A stretch of 63,195 bases of DNA, the filler included, from Octopus bimaculoides (taxonomy: Eukaryota): the NCBI RefSeq assembly GCF_001194135.2. It is 4 parts of 4 records of this genome, joined end to end, with 100 filler letters (N's around TTAATTAATTAA, not from the genome) between each part and the next. Parts side by side here need not be neighbours in the genome. Positions count along the whole stretch, not along the records: positions 1 to 17,868 come from NC_068986.1; 3 more parts are not named here. One strand, 5' to 3'. Below, in pieces: positions 1 through 12,080 of the stretch (the stretch's first letter is position 1; every line of letters begins with the position of its first letter). The notes beneath the pieces are model-generated. The model was not told the origin of the DNA, did not search any database, and saw nothing but the letters and a program-made list of their open reading frames with translations. The translations under genes were made by a program, and so were the position numbers.

Positions 1-37
1 ATCGCTATTTCGCTATCGTTATAGCTCTTCAGCATCG
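1..37 (-). ncRNA. Hammerhead ribozyme motif (type I, minimal, Penelope-type), cut off by the window edge
   Basis: Minus strand reads cgatg-CTGAAGA-GCTA-taacga-TAGC-GAAA-TAGCGAT: canonical core, perfect 4-bp stem II and GAAA. The cleavage base and the 3' arm of stem I lie outside the window. Confidence 0.7.
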
Positions 38-191
38 TTTACTCGGTTCACCTCGAAACGTACGGAATCACCGGTCTACGACATATATGCGCATAGCGTG
101 AAGTCTATTCGCTGATGTGCTGTAGCGTGGCAAATGTTAAACAAGATTAAATTTCGAATTAAAAGCAACTCTAATATTGTAAACACTATCG

Positions 192-322
192 GTCGCACAT
201 CCATAGTGTACGCGTTTCAAATGTTTCACACTGCGTGCGTGCAGTCTGGGAATCGAAATTGCGATCCTATGACCGCGAGTCCGCTGCCCTAACCATTGGG
301 CCATTGCGCCTCCACTGTGGCT
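192..322 (-). mobile_element. tRNA-derived SINE, 5' part
   Basis: Minus strand GGAGGCGCAATGGCCCAATGGTTAGGGCAGCGGACTCGCGGTC...ATTTCGATTCCCAGAC has A/B boxes; same family as 15801-16195 and 62803-63160. Confidence 0.8.
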
Positions 323-500
323 TTGTTGACAATGTAGACAAAGAACATTCATCAGTATTAAGATGGCTTTTGTTAAACATTTTAATAGTTGTGTATGTAT
401 GTATATATTTGTGCTTGAGAGAATACGTGTGAGCACGTGTATGTATGCGTGTGTAGACATGAGTGAAAATGTGAACGTGTTAACATGTTAGTAAGAGTAC

Positions 501-552
<52 letters not shown>

Positions 553-940
553 CATCAGCAAACGTTATTGATAAACGATACAAACAGGTGCATATTATTT
601 AAACTCAGCTTTAGTAATTTATACATTATTTTCGATATATGAATATGAAAAGAAAACAAAATATGAAGATTCTGGAGAATATTTACATTATTTCTTTTGC
701 ATTCCATCCTATTATTCATTTGTATTCTATATTTCCTTTCATTCTAACAAGAAAAACTCCTACGAATATTAATTAATTGGTGTGTTTAAGCAATCTTGTG
801 GTTTTCAGATACAATCTCACTGCATGACATCATGTTCTGTATGTAAACTTGGGTTGAGCAAAACTGTGCCGAAGCCTATTTGCTTACATTATGCGTACAC
901 ATGTTTGAAAATGTGCGTGTATGTATGTATGTATGTATGT

Positions 941-1009
941 ACGAGGGGATGCTGAAAAGTTCCTGGCTTTGGGTAAAATAGGATCAGTTAATTATGATTT
1001 TATTCAACA
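941..1009 (+). mobile_element. Mariner-type terminal fragment
   Basis: TA-CGAGGGGATGCTGAAAAGTTCCTGG resembles a mariner TIR; interrupted at about 1010. Confidence 0.55.
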
Positions 1010-1200
1010 CTAGCAGTATAGCCCGGCGTTGCCCGGGATTAATTTCGGATTATTAAGCTAATCAAGCTATTTGTTTCAAACCAAACTAAGTAACACCGAC
1101 GTCAAATTTGAGCGAAATCTGTTGAAATTGGTAAACGTTTGACTGAAAATAGGTTGCAGACAACTTGATTGAGAAATCCATAAGCAATCGTTTTATCAAT
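1010..1200 (+). mobile_element. Non-autonomous Helitron/Helentron-like (HINE/DINE-1-like) element
   Basis: Starts ACTAGC followed by the hairpin CCCGG-CGTTG-CCCGGG and an AAATTTGAGCGAAATC core typical of such elements. Confidence 0.45.
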
Positions 1201-1221
1201 TTTTCCACTCATCATCATCAT

Positions 1222-1365
1222 CATCATCATCATCGTTTAACGTCCGTTTTCCATGTTAGCATGGGTTGGACGATTCGACAGGGAAGCCAGGAGACTGCAC
1301 CAGGCCCCAGTCTGATCTGGCAGTGTTTCTACAGCTGGATGCCCTTCCTAACGACAACCACTCCG
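1222..1365 (-). mobile_element. SINE-like repeat fragment with (CAT)n tail
   Basis: (CAT)n followed by CGTTTAACGTCCGTTTTCCATG...GGATGCCCTTCCTAACG; recognised as a recurrent interspersed repeat type. Confidence 0.55.
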
Positions 1366-1673
1366 TGTGTGGGGCGCAGTTGAGTGAGAGACCAACAAAA
1401 CTCCTTGTAACACCAATGGTGAACTAAATGTAAAGATTATAGCAGCATTCATCAACTTAAACAAGGAGACCGTCCAGAAGAGTTGCAGGAGATTCCGAAG
1501 TCGTCTGAAGGCCGTGGTTGAAGTCAATGGAGATTTTTTAGAATAAATTTACTCATTAGAATTTCAAGATATTTTTATGTAATTTTTGTAAATCTATTTG
1601 TTACAATAAGACGTCAGTGTTATTTTCATTTTTGCGTAATTTAGACGACAATTTATTCATCTTCATCATACCC
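1366..1673 (+). mobile_element. Tc1/maT-like transposase C-terminal remnant with 3' terminus
   Basis: Translates VWGAVE*ETNKTPCNT...VQKSCRRFRSRLKAVVEVNGDFLE*, a typical Tc1-family C-terminus; ends ...ATACCCTGT. Confidence 0.75.
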
Positions 1674-1684
1674 TGTGTGTGTGA

Positions 1685-1719
<35 letters not shown>

Positions 1720-4258
1720 TGAGAGAGAGAGGGAGAGAGAGAGAGAGCAGTTTCACCACCGTTAATGGAGTAAGCATGCTGATGAGTATTAATTTCCGAT
1801 ATGAAGTTAGTATGCTAATCTAAAGCATCGCGCTTGCTTACGGTGGGGAGTGTTGTCTCTCCTGTCAGTTCAAATTAGAACATGTGCTCTTCTGTGGCTA
1901 AAGATTCTACGGCTCTTATTTCTAGCAGTGCTGGCGACGGGGATGTGTATAAGTTTGTGTGTGTGTGTGTGTGTGTACTGAACTGGACGAATACTGTGTG
2001 AGAGATTTGTATAGGTGTCGACTTGTGCCCGGTTGTCAGAAATCTAACAAACAAGAACCGGATTGAAATATGTAATAGGTCGATAGGATAGACGAAACCA
2101 GTGATTCTCAACTGGAGTCCAAATAGCCCTTAGGTGGGGGATCCATATGACCCTTGGGGGATCCATATGACCCTTGGAGGTCCATATAAGATGTTGTTGT
2201 TAAAAGTTATGTGCATCAAATTAATTATACTTTTTACAAACACAAAATATTTTAACAATTCTTTTATACAATTCCTTTAATTATAAAAATGCAGTGGCAT
2301 TCTATTTAAACATCAAATGGCTCTCGGAGTCCAGTAGAGTAAAACAGGAATCAAAGAACTCCATTGGCAAAGCATGAAGGCGCCTTAGCATGGCTGTTCT
2401 CCAATGACTGAAACCAGTAAAAGATATACAAAAATACAAAAATAAAATAAATACAGACGTGTATTTAATTCCATATTTTTATTTATTCATTTATTTATTT
2501 ATTTATGTATTTTATAAATTTTATAACAATGTAGATAATACAAAATGTAATGGTTTCTTAAGCAGACACCGGGTGCAGGCTGACTAGTAAACGCGTCAGA
2601 CTAAACAACCTCAACGTTGCTTCTTTGAGTTGATTAAACATCAGCTTTAAAACTGATGTTTTCTATTGCTCTCGCCCTATATCACCAAATCAACAAAACA
2701 AATACAAAAAAAAACGATATTTATTTTAAAAAAAAAAGAAAGAAATGAGGGTCATGTGAAAAAGTCCATGGGAATAAACATTATAATGAACTTGGACCCA
2801 GATACCGGAAATTGCCGACGTACAACTGAACGAACTGTTGTGGCCCAAGACGAAATGACTATAAAAAATATTCCAAAAAAATAAAAACTATATAAAAGAA
2901 AGACATAGCATGTCTTCTTTGTACGACTGATTGTTGTTATGGTTGATTTTTTTTTCTGTTAAATGCTCTCTCAGATGAATGTTGGGAAGGGAGATAATTA
3001 CGAAATATTTCTTCCTGAAAGAATTGGTTTCATAAATTTGTTCTGGATATTTTCGCCCAAGAAATGCTGTACCACATATATTAATTTCGTTTTTTTTTAT
3101 GTTGAGAGGACTATCTACAACCAAATTTGTGACAAGAAAGGAAAGGATGCCTTCTCTTGTGCATCATATAGTCTGTAAGTTGATATTTATTCCCATCTGA
3201 AGCCTTGCATTCTGGCTCCTTATCTACAAGAATCTTGTCTAACTTCGCCAACGTCATACTTGATACAGGAGACAGCTCTGGAAACAGTATTGCCACAAAC
3301 AAAGACGCCATATTTTCTTCCCAATTTGTCAACGCACGCACATTCACATACACACATATATTTTTATTATATGTATATATACACACGCCCGAACGTACAC
3401 ATACACGTTGAATCTTGCTTCTAAAGATCTCCATGCTACAGAATATTTCAGAAATTACTTCAGTTTATTCTCAAATACACATATAGACACACATGCATAG
3501 ACACATATGTGTGTGTATGTATGTGTGCGCGTGTGTGTGAACATACATATACATACACACATACATAGATACAGACATATATGTGTATGAGTGTGTGTAA
3601 TGGATCTTTTGTAATGGATCTTGATAATCTCATAACACCTAAGGTTTCATGCTGACGAAAGTCCACAATTATTCACCCAAGCGTTCTTTGAGATTCCAAT
3701 TCTGGTTTTATAATTGTTGTCTTAATTAACATAAATTCTTTGAAGGAATTCATTATCTTCCTTTCTGATGCTAAGTACTCTGTCATCCAGTTAAAACACA
3801 GACACACACACAAACACACGCACATATACATGTACACACGTGCGTATTTAAGTGAATAGATAGATAGATAATTATGAATAGCGCTGTATTTGTGTGTGTG
3901 TGTGTGTGTTTTAGTTTCTTCATAGGTTAACTCTACATACGCATTTATTTTCTCTATTCCCATTACTTGGGGATTCTGATGTGGGAATTTATGGTTTTTT
4001 CTGTAATTTTTTAATTTTTTCATTTCGCTTTCAATGACAACGATTTTTATTAAAGTTAATGAACATTTTGTTTGATTGTCAAATAATAACAGGACACTAA
4101 TGCAATAATACGGAGAGACAGAAAGTATGAGAGATGTGAAATTATATTAAGTAAGTAAACAGTAAGATCGGATGCAAACAGTGACAGACTGTGTCGGTAA
4201 TTAGAGATTATAAACACTTCAAAGGAATAGATTGATTTGCCGTTCAGCAAAGAAAAAG

Positions 4259-4290
4259 GCTGACATTCCGAGTACAAACTTTCGTCAGAG
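4259..4290 (-). ncRNA. Degenerate Penelope-type hammerhead motif
   Basis: Minus strand CT-CTGACGA-AAGTTTGTACTC-GGAATGTC-AG; GAAACGTC is changed to GGAATGTC. Confidence 0.45.
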
Positions 4291-5200
4291 AGAGGGACAG
4301 AAAGATAGAGAAAGTCAGAGAGGTGAAGGGGAGACAGAGAGATGGATGAGAGAAGGAAAGAGAGACACGGGTAGAAAGAGACAGCAAAGCAACTGTGAAA
4401 GAACCATGACACTGTATTAGTTTACATATGGGTAGGAAAGAGATGTTTTCTGATTATGGGACTAAATGAAGAGATGGTTGTTTTTATTTTACTTTCTTTG
4501 GATGCCATCAGAAGCATCGCTCTCTACAAGACAGCGTTCTAGCCAAAAACGATACACCGTTCCTCTACTCCATACCACAACAACTTCTTCCAGTTTGAAA
4601 TTTATAGGCGGGGGNNNNNNNNNNNNNNNNNNNNNNNNNNNNNNNNNNNNNNNNNNNNNNNNNNNNNNNNNNNNNNNNNNNNNNNNNNNNNNNNNNNNNN
4701 NNNNNNNNNNNNNNNNNNNNNNNNNNNNNNNNNNNNNNNNNNNNNNNNNNNNNNNNNNNNNNNNNNNNNNNNNNNNNNNNNNNNNNNNNNNNNNNNNNNN
4801 NNNNNNNNNNNNNNNNNNNNNNNNNNNNNNNNNNNNNNNNNNNNNNNNNNNNNNNNNNNNNNNNNNNNNNNNNNNNNNNNNNNNNNNNNNNNNNNNNNNN
4901 NNNNNNNNNNNNNNNNNNNNNNNNNNNNNNNNNNNNNNNNNNNNNNNNNNNNNNNNNNNNNNNNNNNNNNNNNNNNNNNNNNNNNNNNNNNNNNNNNNNN
5001 NNNNNNNNNNNNNNNNNNNNNNNNNNNNNNNNNNNNNNNNNNNNNNNNNNNNNNNNNNNNNNNNNNNNNNNNNNNNNNNNNNNNNNNNNNNNNNNNNNNN
5101 NNNNNNNNNNNNNNNNNNNNNNNNNNNNNNNNNNNNNNNNNNNNNNNNNNNNNNNNNNNNNNNNNNNNNNNNNNNNNNNNNNNNNNNNNNNNNNNNNNNN

Positions 5201-5249
<49 letters not shown>

Positions 5250-5254
5250 GCGTG

Positions 5255-5455
5255 TGGATTTGTGTTTGTTCTCGTTGATAACCGGTGTTGCCTTGCCTCA
5301 ACTTTGCGGTTCGGTAAAACTGGTCACTAGTATAAGTACCAGGCTTTAAGATAAATACTGGAGTAGGAGTCAACTTCTTGAACTAAAACGCTTCGAGACG
5401 GCGCCATACTGTGGCCGCAGTCCAATGACTGAAACAAGTAACAGCTAAAAGAATA
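5255..5455 (+). mobile_element. SINE 3' part (family B)
   Basis: CGGTTCGGTAAAA...ATAAGTACCAGGCTT...GGCCGCAGTCCAATGACTGAAACAAGTAA; shared with 22035-22230. Confidence 0.7.
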
Positions 5456-5591
5456 AAATATTACTTCTAGTAAAGTTATTGTAAACATATTTAATGGGTG
5501 GAGGATTATTGAGCTGATTAGAAAGAAATACGATTTTATTAAATTACAAATATCGTTCCTATAAGTCTGACAGGTATGGGAGATAACTCTA

Positions 5592-5627
5592 GGAATGTTT
5601 CGGTCTAATGACCTCATCAGTGAAACA
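5592..5627 (-). ncRNA. Hammerhead core with intact stem II and degenerate stems I/III
   Basis: Minus strand CTGATGA-GGTC-atta-GACC-GAAAC-ATTCC. Confidence 0.55.
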
Positions 5628-6243
5628 TGGACTCACTCTGTTACACTTGTTGAAGTAGTGATCAATTTACAGACTGCGTAAATGCACAAAATTATGTGAG
5701 TGAGGCATGTGTGCGCGTCTGCATGTGTGTGTGTGTATGTGTGTGCTCGTGTGTGTGTAGTTTTTGTTTATGTGATACAAAAGCATAAAAGAGTTCAATG
5801 CAACTTTATGCTGGAAGAGCATACACACGCACACACAAACACACGTACACACACACACACTCACAAACACACATTTATCCGTGTTCATGTATACAATGCG
5901 TTATACAATGAGAAGTGCTCCCTTAGTTTGTTTCTTTTTCTCTTTTATCGTCTCTTTCTACCTTCTCTCTCTCTCTCTCTCTCTCTCTGTCTACCCATTC
6001 TCTCTCTCTCCCTATTCTTTTCCTTTATTTTTCATTTAATTTCATATAAATACTTTTACAAATTCATTCACCCTCTCCCGTTTTCGTTTTACTCTCTCTG
6101 TCTCTCTTTCTCTCTCTATTTATCTATCTTTATCTCTATCTCGCTCACTCTCCCTGTGTTATATCAATTATCTTTGTATTCACGACACCAACGGCACTTT
6201 CATACATACACACAGCACCACCATCGCTACCACAGTCATGTGA

Positions 6244-6641
6244 TCAAAGGTCATTCAGTGCTAAATTAGTCCTCAGGTCACAGTTTCTCTTCAGCGTTGA
6301 AAACTCATTGATGTTCAGCTCATTGATGTTATTGGAGATTGGTGGCGGCGGCGGGAGCATTATGGGTTGACATGATGGGGCATTGTTCAGATAGACGAGA
6401 CTGGCTTGTGACAACGATGATGATGATAATGTGAAAGGCGCATGGTTGATATTACATTGGGCTTTTTCGTTCTTTTGTTTGGTAATGCGCAGTTTTCGAC
6501 TGGTCTGGCACTTGTGGATATGATGCAGTATGGTGCCGGTCAGCAGAGCTCCTATAGTGAAACCTATTACAGCCACGGCAATTAGGTGGATCAGTGCGAA
6601 GGATGGGTAGTGGCTGCTCGTTACATAACTGGTGTCATATT
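6244..6641 (-). CDS. SEMA5: Semaphorin-5-like protein, terminal coding exon (transmembrane helix and cytoplasmic tail)
   Basis: Polypyrimidine acceptor TTTCTATCTTTTTTCCAG precedes 6641 (phase 1) and the frame is open to TGA at 6246-6244. The segment SFALIHLIAVAVIGFTIGALLTGTILH resembles the semaphorin-5 TM region as I recall it (F-x2-H-x-IAV...G-x-LLT). The tail contains PPPPP and EFSTLKRN. Confidence 0.8.
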
Positions 6642-6687
6642 CTGGAAAAAAGATAGAAATAAAACAGGATGAAAAATAATTTACTAA

Positions 6688-6780
6688 ACTGAGACACAGG
6701 CGTGGCTGTGTGGTAAAAAGTTTGCCTCCCAAACCACATGATTTACAGTTCAATCCCACTTCTTGCAAGGCATTTGGACT
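6688..6780 (+). mobile_element. tRNA-derived SINE (family A), 5' fragment
   Basis: AGGCGTGGCTGTGTGGTAAAAAGTTTGCCTCCCAAACCACATG...CAGTTCAATCCCACT; matches 21465-21625. Confidence 0.7.
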
Positions 6781-7750
6781 TGGCATTAGCCTGGACAAGA
6801 CTGTTGTAATGTTTCCAGCCTGCACCAGGAAATCCATATGTGAAACCAGCTATCTTCGTTGAAGGAACAGTTCTGAAGGTAGTAGACAAGTTTGTTTACT
6901 TGGGCAGTACACTCAGCCGTTCTTGCTCCCTGGATGAGGAAATATCTTTTAGGTTGCAGAGAGTAACTAATTCCTTCCGGTCTCTTATCAGTCTCGTGTC
7001 TGGTCCCAGCATGGCATAGCAAGGCAAACAAAAGTTGCTGTGTATCGTGCATGTGTACTGACATCGCTCCTCTACTCATGTGAGACATGGACTCTGTACA
7101 AACGTCAGGTAAGGGTCCTTGAACGCTTTCATCAGAGATGTCTCAGGCACATCCTCAATGTTGGCTGGACCTCAAAAATTCCAGACACACATGTCCTGAG
7201 GACAGCTGATATCTTGAGTATTGAGGCAATGGTGCACAAGCACCGGTTACGTTGGACTGGACACGTTATTAGAATGAAGGATAGCAGGATTCCTAAGCAG
7301 ATGCTATATGGAGAACTCGTGAATGGAAGGAGACTCCAGCAGAAACCAAGGCTGCGATTTANNNNNNNNNNNNNNNNNNNNNNNNNNNNNNNNNNNNNNN
7401 NNNNNNNNNNNNNNNNNNNNNNNNNNNNNNNNNNNNNNNNNNNNNNNNNNNNNNNNNNNNNNNNNNNNNNNNNNNNNNNNNNNNNNNNNNNNNNNNNNNN
7501 NNGAGCTGCTCGAAAGCGCACGGCTCGTATAGTGAATGGGGAAAGCTTGGTCTGCAATGTTTGCAGTCGTGTATGCTTGTCAAGAGCAGGGCTCATTAGC
7601 CACCAACGGAGCCGCAAATGCAAAATATAAGTTAGTCCTAGAGCGCACAATGTTCCTGAAGGTCGGCAATGGTCTTCCTCGGTCACGAGTGGACGGCCAT
7701 CACGTATGTATGTATGTATGTATGTATGTATGTATGTATGTATGTATGAA
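6781..7750 (+). mobile_element. RTE-clade LINE, 5'-truncated, with 3' end and (TATG)n tail
   Basis: KFVYLGS, then LLYSCETWTLY, LERFHQRCLRHIL, RLRWTGHVIRM and QMLYGEL; C2H2-like CNVCSRVCLSRAGLISHQR; 3' end GGACGGCCATCA followed by (TATG)n. Confidence 0.92.
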
Positions 7751-8166
7751 TTGTTCGTTCTCTTTCTCTTTTTAATTTGACAAGCCATCTGCTTGGAAGC
7801 AAGGTTGTGAAGGAAAGCATCGTGTTTTGTTGATCATCCTTTAAATCTAAAGAAGGCCTTGCAGATTGTTATAGACCCCGATATTGTGATAATTTGTAGT
7901 GTCTGACTCAATGATTTGTATGTGTGTATGTATGTACGTATGTATGTATGCATGAGTCCATGTTCATGTTTAACACAACATCTCTTGTTATAACAGGTGT
8001 TATATCAAAAAGCTAAATGGTCAACTTCTTAAATATAAATAAACAAAATAAGTACCAGACAATAAAGAAAACTAAGGTCAAAAATACCTTTGAAGGGGTT
8101 GCCCCGAAATGGTCGTGGTCCCAGTTATATATACAAGTAAAATGATTAATATATATAAATATATAT

Positions 8167-8569
8167 CAGGTACGTGCTGCCTGGGTAGACAAGGTACGCA
8201 GTACCTACCCTGAATGAAATAAATCGATTGTAACATTATCCTTTTATGACAAAATATGCACCTAATTCAATAAAATTATGAAGGTTTCTCTGATTATTAT
8301 GCGTAAAATGCAAAATATTATATTTTTTTGTAGTAGGCACAATTCGACCCAGCCTTTCAATCTCAGAATTAAAATGACGCATAGTACTGCTGTAGTACAA
8401 GTGCTGCGTACATTCCTACAACAACGTTTTCTTCACGCGTTATAAAGGCAGAAGTAAATCTGCCACCAACTTAGTGGCGCGCCTGTATTTCGCTTATTTC
8501 TTTTGTGTGTTTTACTACATAAACGTCACCAACTACCTACCCTGAGTAATTACTCACGGCACGTGCCTG
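8167..8569. mobile_element. Possible MITE
   Basis: CAGGTACGTGC at 8167 and GCACGTGCCTG ending at 8569 (11-bp IR, 1 mismatch); no TSD visible. Confidence 0.35.
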
Positions 8570-8599
8570 GATCCTTCTGTCCGGCATTCGCCATGATAG

Positions 8600-8780
8600 A
8601 TCGCTGACCACTAGATTTATATTTTTTCTCTCCTTGTTTTTTTCTGTGTTCCTCTCAGTTGAAGAGCGTAGGCTCGAAACGTTAAAGACTTTCTCTATTC
8701 CCGAACATTATACTAATACATCCATTTGTTGTTTACACCACCTGTCTTCGTCGGTTGTTTTTTTTTTCGTAAATTCTCCC
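8600..8780 (+). mobile_element. Interspersed repeat resembling a Penelope-like 3' tail
   Basis: GTTGAAGAGCGTAGGCTCGAAACGT...CTAATACATCCATTTGTTGTTTACACCACC; second copy at 10339-10478. Confidence 0.5.
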
Positions 8781-9359
8781 ATATATATATATATATATNN
8801 NNNNNNNNNNNNNNNNNNNNNNNNNNNNNNNNNNNNNNNNNNNNNNNNNNNNNNNNNNNNNNNNNNNNNNNNNNNNNNNNNNNNNNNNNNNNNNNNNNNN
8901 NNNNNNNNNNNNNNNNNNNNNNNNNNNNNNNNNNNNNNNNNNNNNNNNNNNNNNNNNNNNNNNNNNNNNNNNNNNNNNNNNNNNNNNNNNNNNNNNNNNN
9001 NNNNNNNNNNNNNNNNNNNNNNNNNNNNNNNNNNNNNNNNNNNNNNNNNNNNNNNNNNNNNNNNNNNNNNNNNNNNNNNNNNNNNNNNNNNNNNNNNNNN
9101 NNNNNNNNNNNNNNNNNNNNNNNNNNNNNNNNNNNNNNNNNNNNNNNNNNNNNNNNNNNNNNNNNNNNNNNNNNNNNNNNNNNNNNNNNNNNNNNNNNNN
9201 NNNNNNNNNNNNNNNNNNNNNNNNNNNNNNNNNNNNNNNNNNNNNNNNNNNNNNNNNNNNNNNNNNNNNNNNNNNNNNNNNNNNNNNNNNNNNNNNNNNN
9301 NNNNNTATATATATATATATATACACATATGTATACATATATGCACATACGCACGCACA

Positions 9360-9410
<51 letters not shown>

Positions 9411-10338
9411 CTAGATAGATGCGGATAGTTCATATTTAATATAGTTAATGTATGTTGCTTATTCTGAAACCAGCATTACGTAATTAATCTTAGTTTTATA
9501 ATATCTCTTCCTCTCACTGTCTCTCCCTCTCTCTCCCATATACATAGTGATAGAGCGCGTGAGTGAGTGAGTGACAAAGAGAAAGCAGGATAGACAGAAT
9601 TACAGAAGGACAAAGAGAAATTGTATGTGAGTGTAATATACTTATCATATATATATATATATACTCACACACTTCTACGTATATCTAAATATGAATCTAG
9701 ATATACAGACAGATAAATTCATAAATATATGTGTGTGTGTGTATACATGATCAGATCTGGTTCATATTCCAAAAATAGAGCACTCAACCACATGAAAAAG
9801 AATAGGTATGTAATATAATTTATGGATGATCACACTAATAAATGAAGACACATTACTCTGAGTTTCGTGAAAGCTTCATAGAATTACATTCGAGAGCCAA
9901 ATTGATTACTGTATGGTGTTTGCTCAGAAATGAAGACTGGTTCCAGGAGGGTCTAGCAACATTGTCTCAAAGAAAATTTCTGCAAACAGAAATTCTTTTA
10001 CTAGAGTCTGAGTAGTTCTCATTTTCGTTCTAAGATGGGCAGTTATAGATGTACCGCAGTTATATTAACATCGCCATTATCCTGTATCACATAGACATAG
10101 GAATTTCTATAAGTTTTAATATATTGCTCTTCCATATGACAAAACCAAGGCGTAGCCATACATACATTCATGTATGTGTGTATATATGTAAATATATATA
10201 TATATATATANNNNNNNNNNNNNNNNNNNNNNNNNNNNNNNNNNNNNNNNNNNNNNNNNNNNNNNNNNNNNNNNNNNNNNNNNNNNNNNNNNNNNNNNNN
10301 NNNNNNNNNNNNNNNNNNNNNNNNNNNNNNNNNNNNNN

Positions 10339-10478
10339 TTCTCCTTATTTCTTTCTGTTGAAGGGCGTAGCTCAAAACATTAAAGACTTTCTCTATTCCC
10401 GAGCGTTAAACTAATACATCCATTTGTTGTTTATGCCACCTGTCCTCGTCTGTTGTTGTTTTTTTCGTAAATTCTCCC
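10339..10478 (+). mobile_element. Second copy of the 8600-8780 repeat
   Basis: Visible identity over AAAGACTTTCTCTATTCCCGA...CTAATACATCCATTTGTTGTTTA...AAATTCTCCCAT. Confidence 0.6.
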
Positions 10479-10639
10479 ATACATATATGTATACATATAT
10501 ATATATATTTGTGTTTCTCATTGTGTTTAACGTTTTTCTTGATGTCCTGTACCCATGTATGTTATTTATATTATTATATGATCGAACGCCACGCATCCTT
10601 TTCCAAGTAAGTTCTATGTATGTATGTGTGTATATACAT

Positions 10640-10850
10640 GTGGTGGCACATGGCTCAGTGGTTAAGGTGTTGGACTCATGACAGAAAGATTGTAGTTTTG
10701 ATTCCTGGTGCTGGTGATGTGTTGTGTTCTTGAGCAAAACATTTCATTTCAAAATGCTCCAGTCTACTCAGCTGTCAAAAGTGAGTAATCCTGTCACAGG
10801 CTAGCATCTTCTCCAGGGGAAAATGTGTACACCACAGAGAGGCTAAGGAA
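10640..10850 (+). mobile_element. tRNA-derived SINE
   Basis: GGTGGCACATGGCTCAGTGGTTAAGG A box and TTTTGATTCC B-box remnant, then GTGTTCTTGAGCAAAACATTT. Confidence 0.7.
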
Positions 10851-10932
10851 ATACCTTTTGACATTTTTTGTGTATGTGTGTGTATGAATGTGTGTATGCA
10901 TGTACTTACACATCAATCACTTTTGTGTTTAG

Positions 10933-10989
<57 letters not shown>

Positions 10990-11534
10990 GTGTGTGTGTG
11001 TTCATACATATGTGTGTGTGTGTGTGTGTGTGTGTATTTGCATATATACATACTTAAACACATGTATGTATACATATTCATATGTATATACATATCAACA
11101 TATCAAGTTACTTCATAACCTAACAAGACTCAACTTTACTTTCGTGCCTATGTCTTAGCTTGAGATCTCTTTACTAGTTCCATTAGTATTCTTATTTCTT
11201 ACTATTATTTTGTGTCTCATTCTTTAAATCTCCATGACAGTTGTAAGCTGTTGCAAACCAAAGTTTTAATTAAACTTCTATAACACTGATATCTATTAGG
11301 AATTGCTTGATGGTACAGGTGCGGCTGCTTTTGTGATTATTCCAATCACTTGAGGTTACATATCTATTCGGAAATGCTGCCTCATCACAAAAAGAAGAAA
11401 GCTATTACCTCAAACGCCAACACATGTACAGGCATGTGCACATACATGCACACAAAGATATGCACCTACTCATAAAAAATAGAAATATATGCTTTTGAGC
11501 TGTATGTGTATATATGTGTGTGTGTATATATACC

Positions 11535-11566
<32 letters not shown>

Positions 11567-12080
11567 TTCATATATATATCTATATGCACATATATATATG
11601 CATATATGTATATGCATATATATATGCATATATAAATGCATATATATATATATATATATATATGTATTTGCATATATATATATATATATGTTTTTGTATT
11701 ACATGTTTACATTTTGTGATGTCCTGTACCCATATGTGCATATATATATATATATATATATTTCAATATGTACATATATGTATGTATATATGCCTATGTA
11801 TATATTTTATTTACATTACTGTAAGATTGAATTCCACACATCCATTTCCAAGTATATACATATATATATATATATGTGTGTATATGCTTATATATATGCA
11901 TATACACAAGCATAAATCAAAATAAGCAACAAGGATATCGAGAGGTAATGCAGTACAATCGTTTCACACAACTCCATTTAATTGAACAATGCAACCATTA
12001 CATCACTCCCCTCTTTCTCTCTCTCTCACTCTCTCTTTCTCTCTGTAGAATTGTCAAGCTGTCATAGAAGATTAAATTAC

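Noticed and set aside
2666-3434. Cluster of short ORFs with faint R4/Dong N-terminal resemblance
   Set aside because: No diagnostic motif; too weak to call.
5700-6269. 189-aa plus-strand ORF overlapping the semaphorin stop codon
   Set aside because: Composed of CA and CT microsatellite translations in the presumed 3' UTR.
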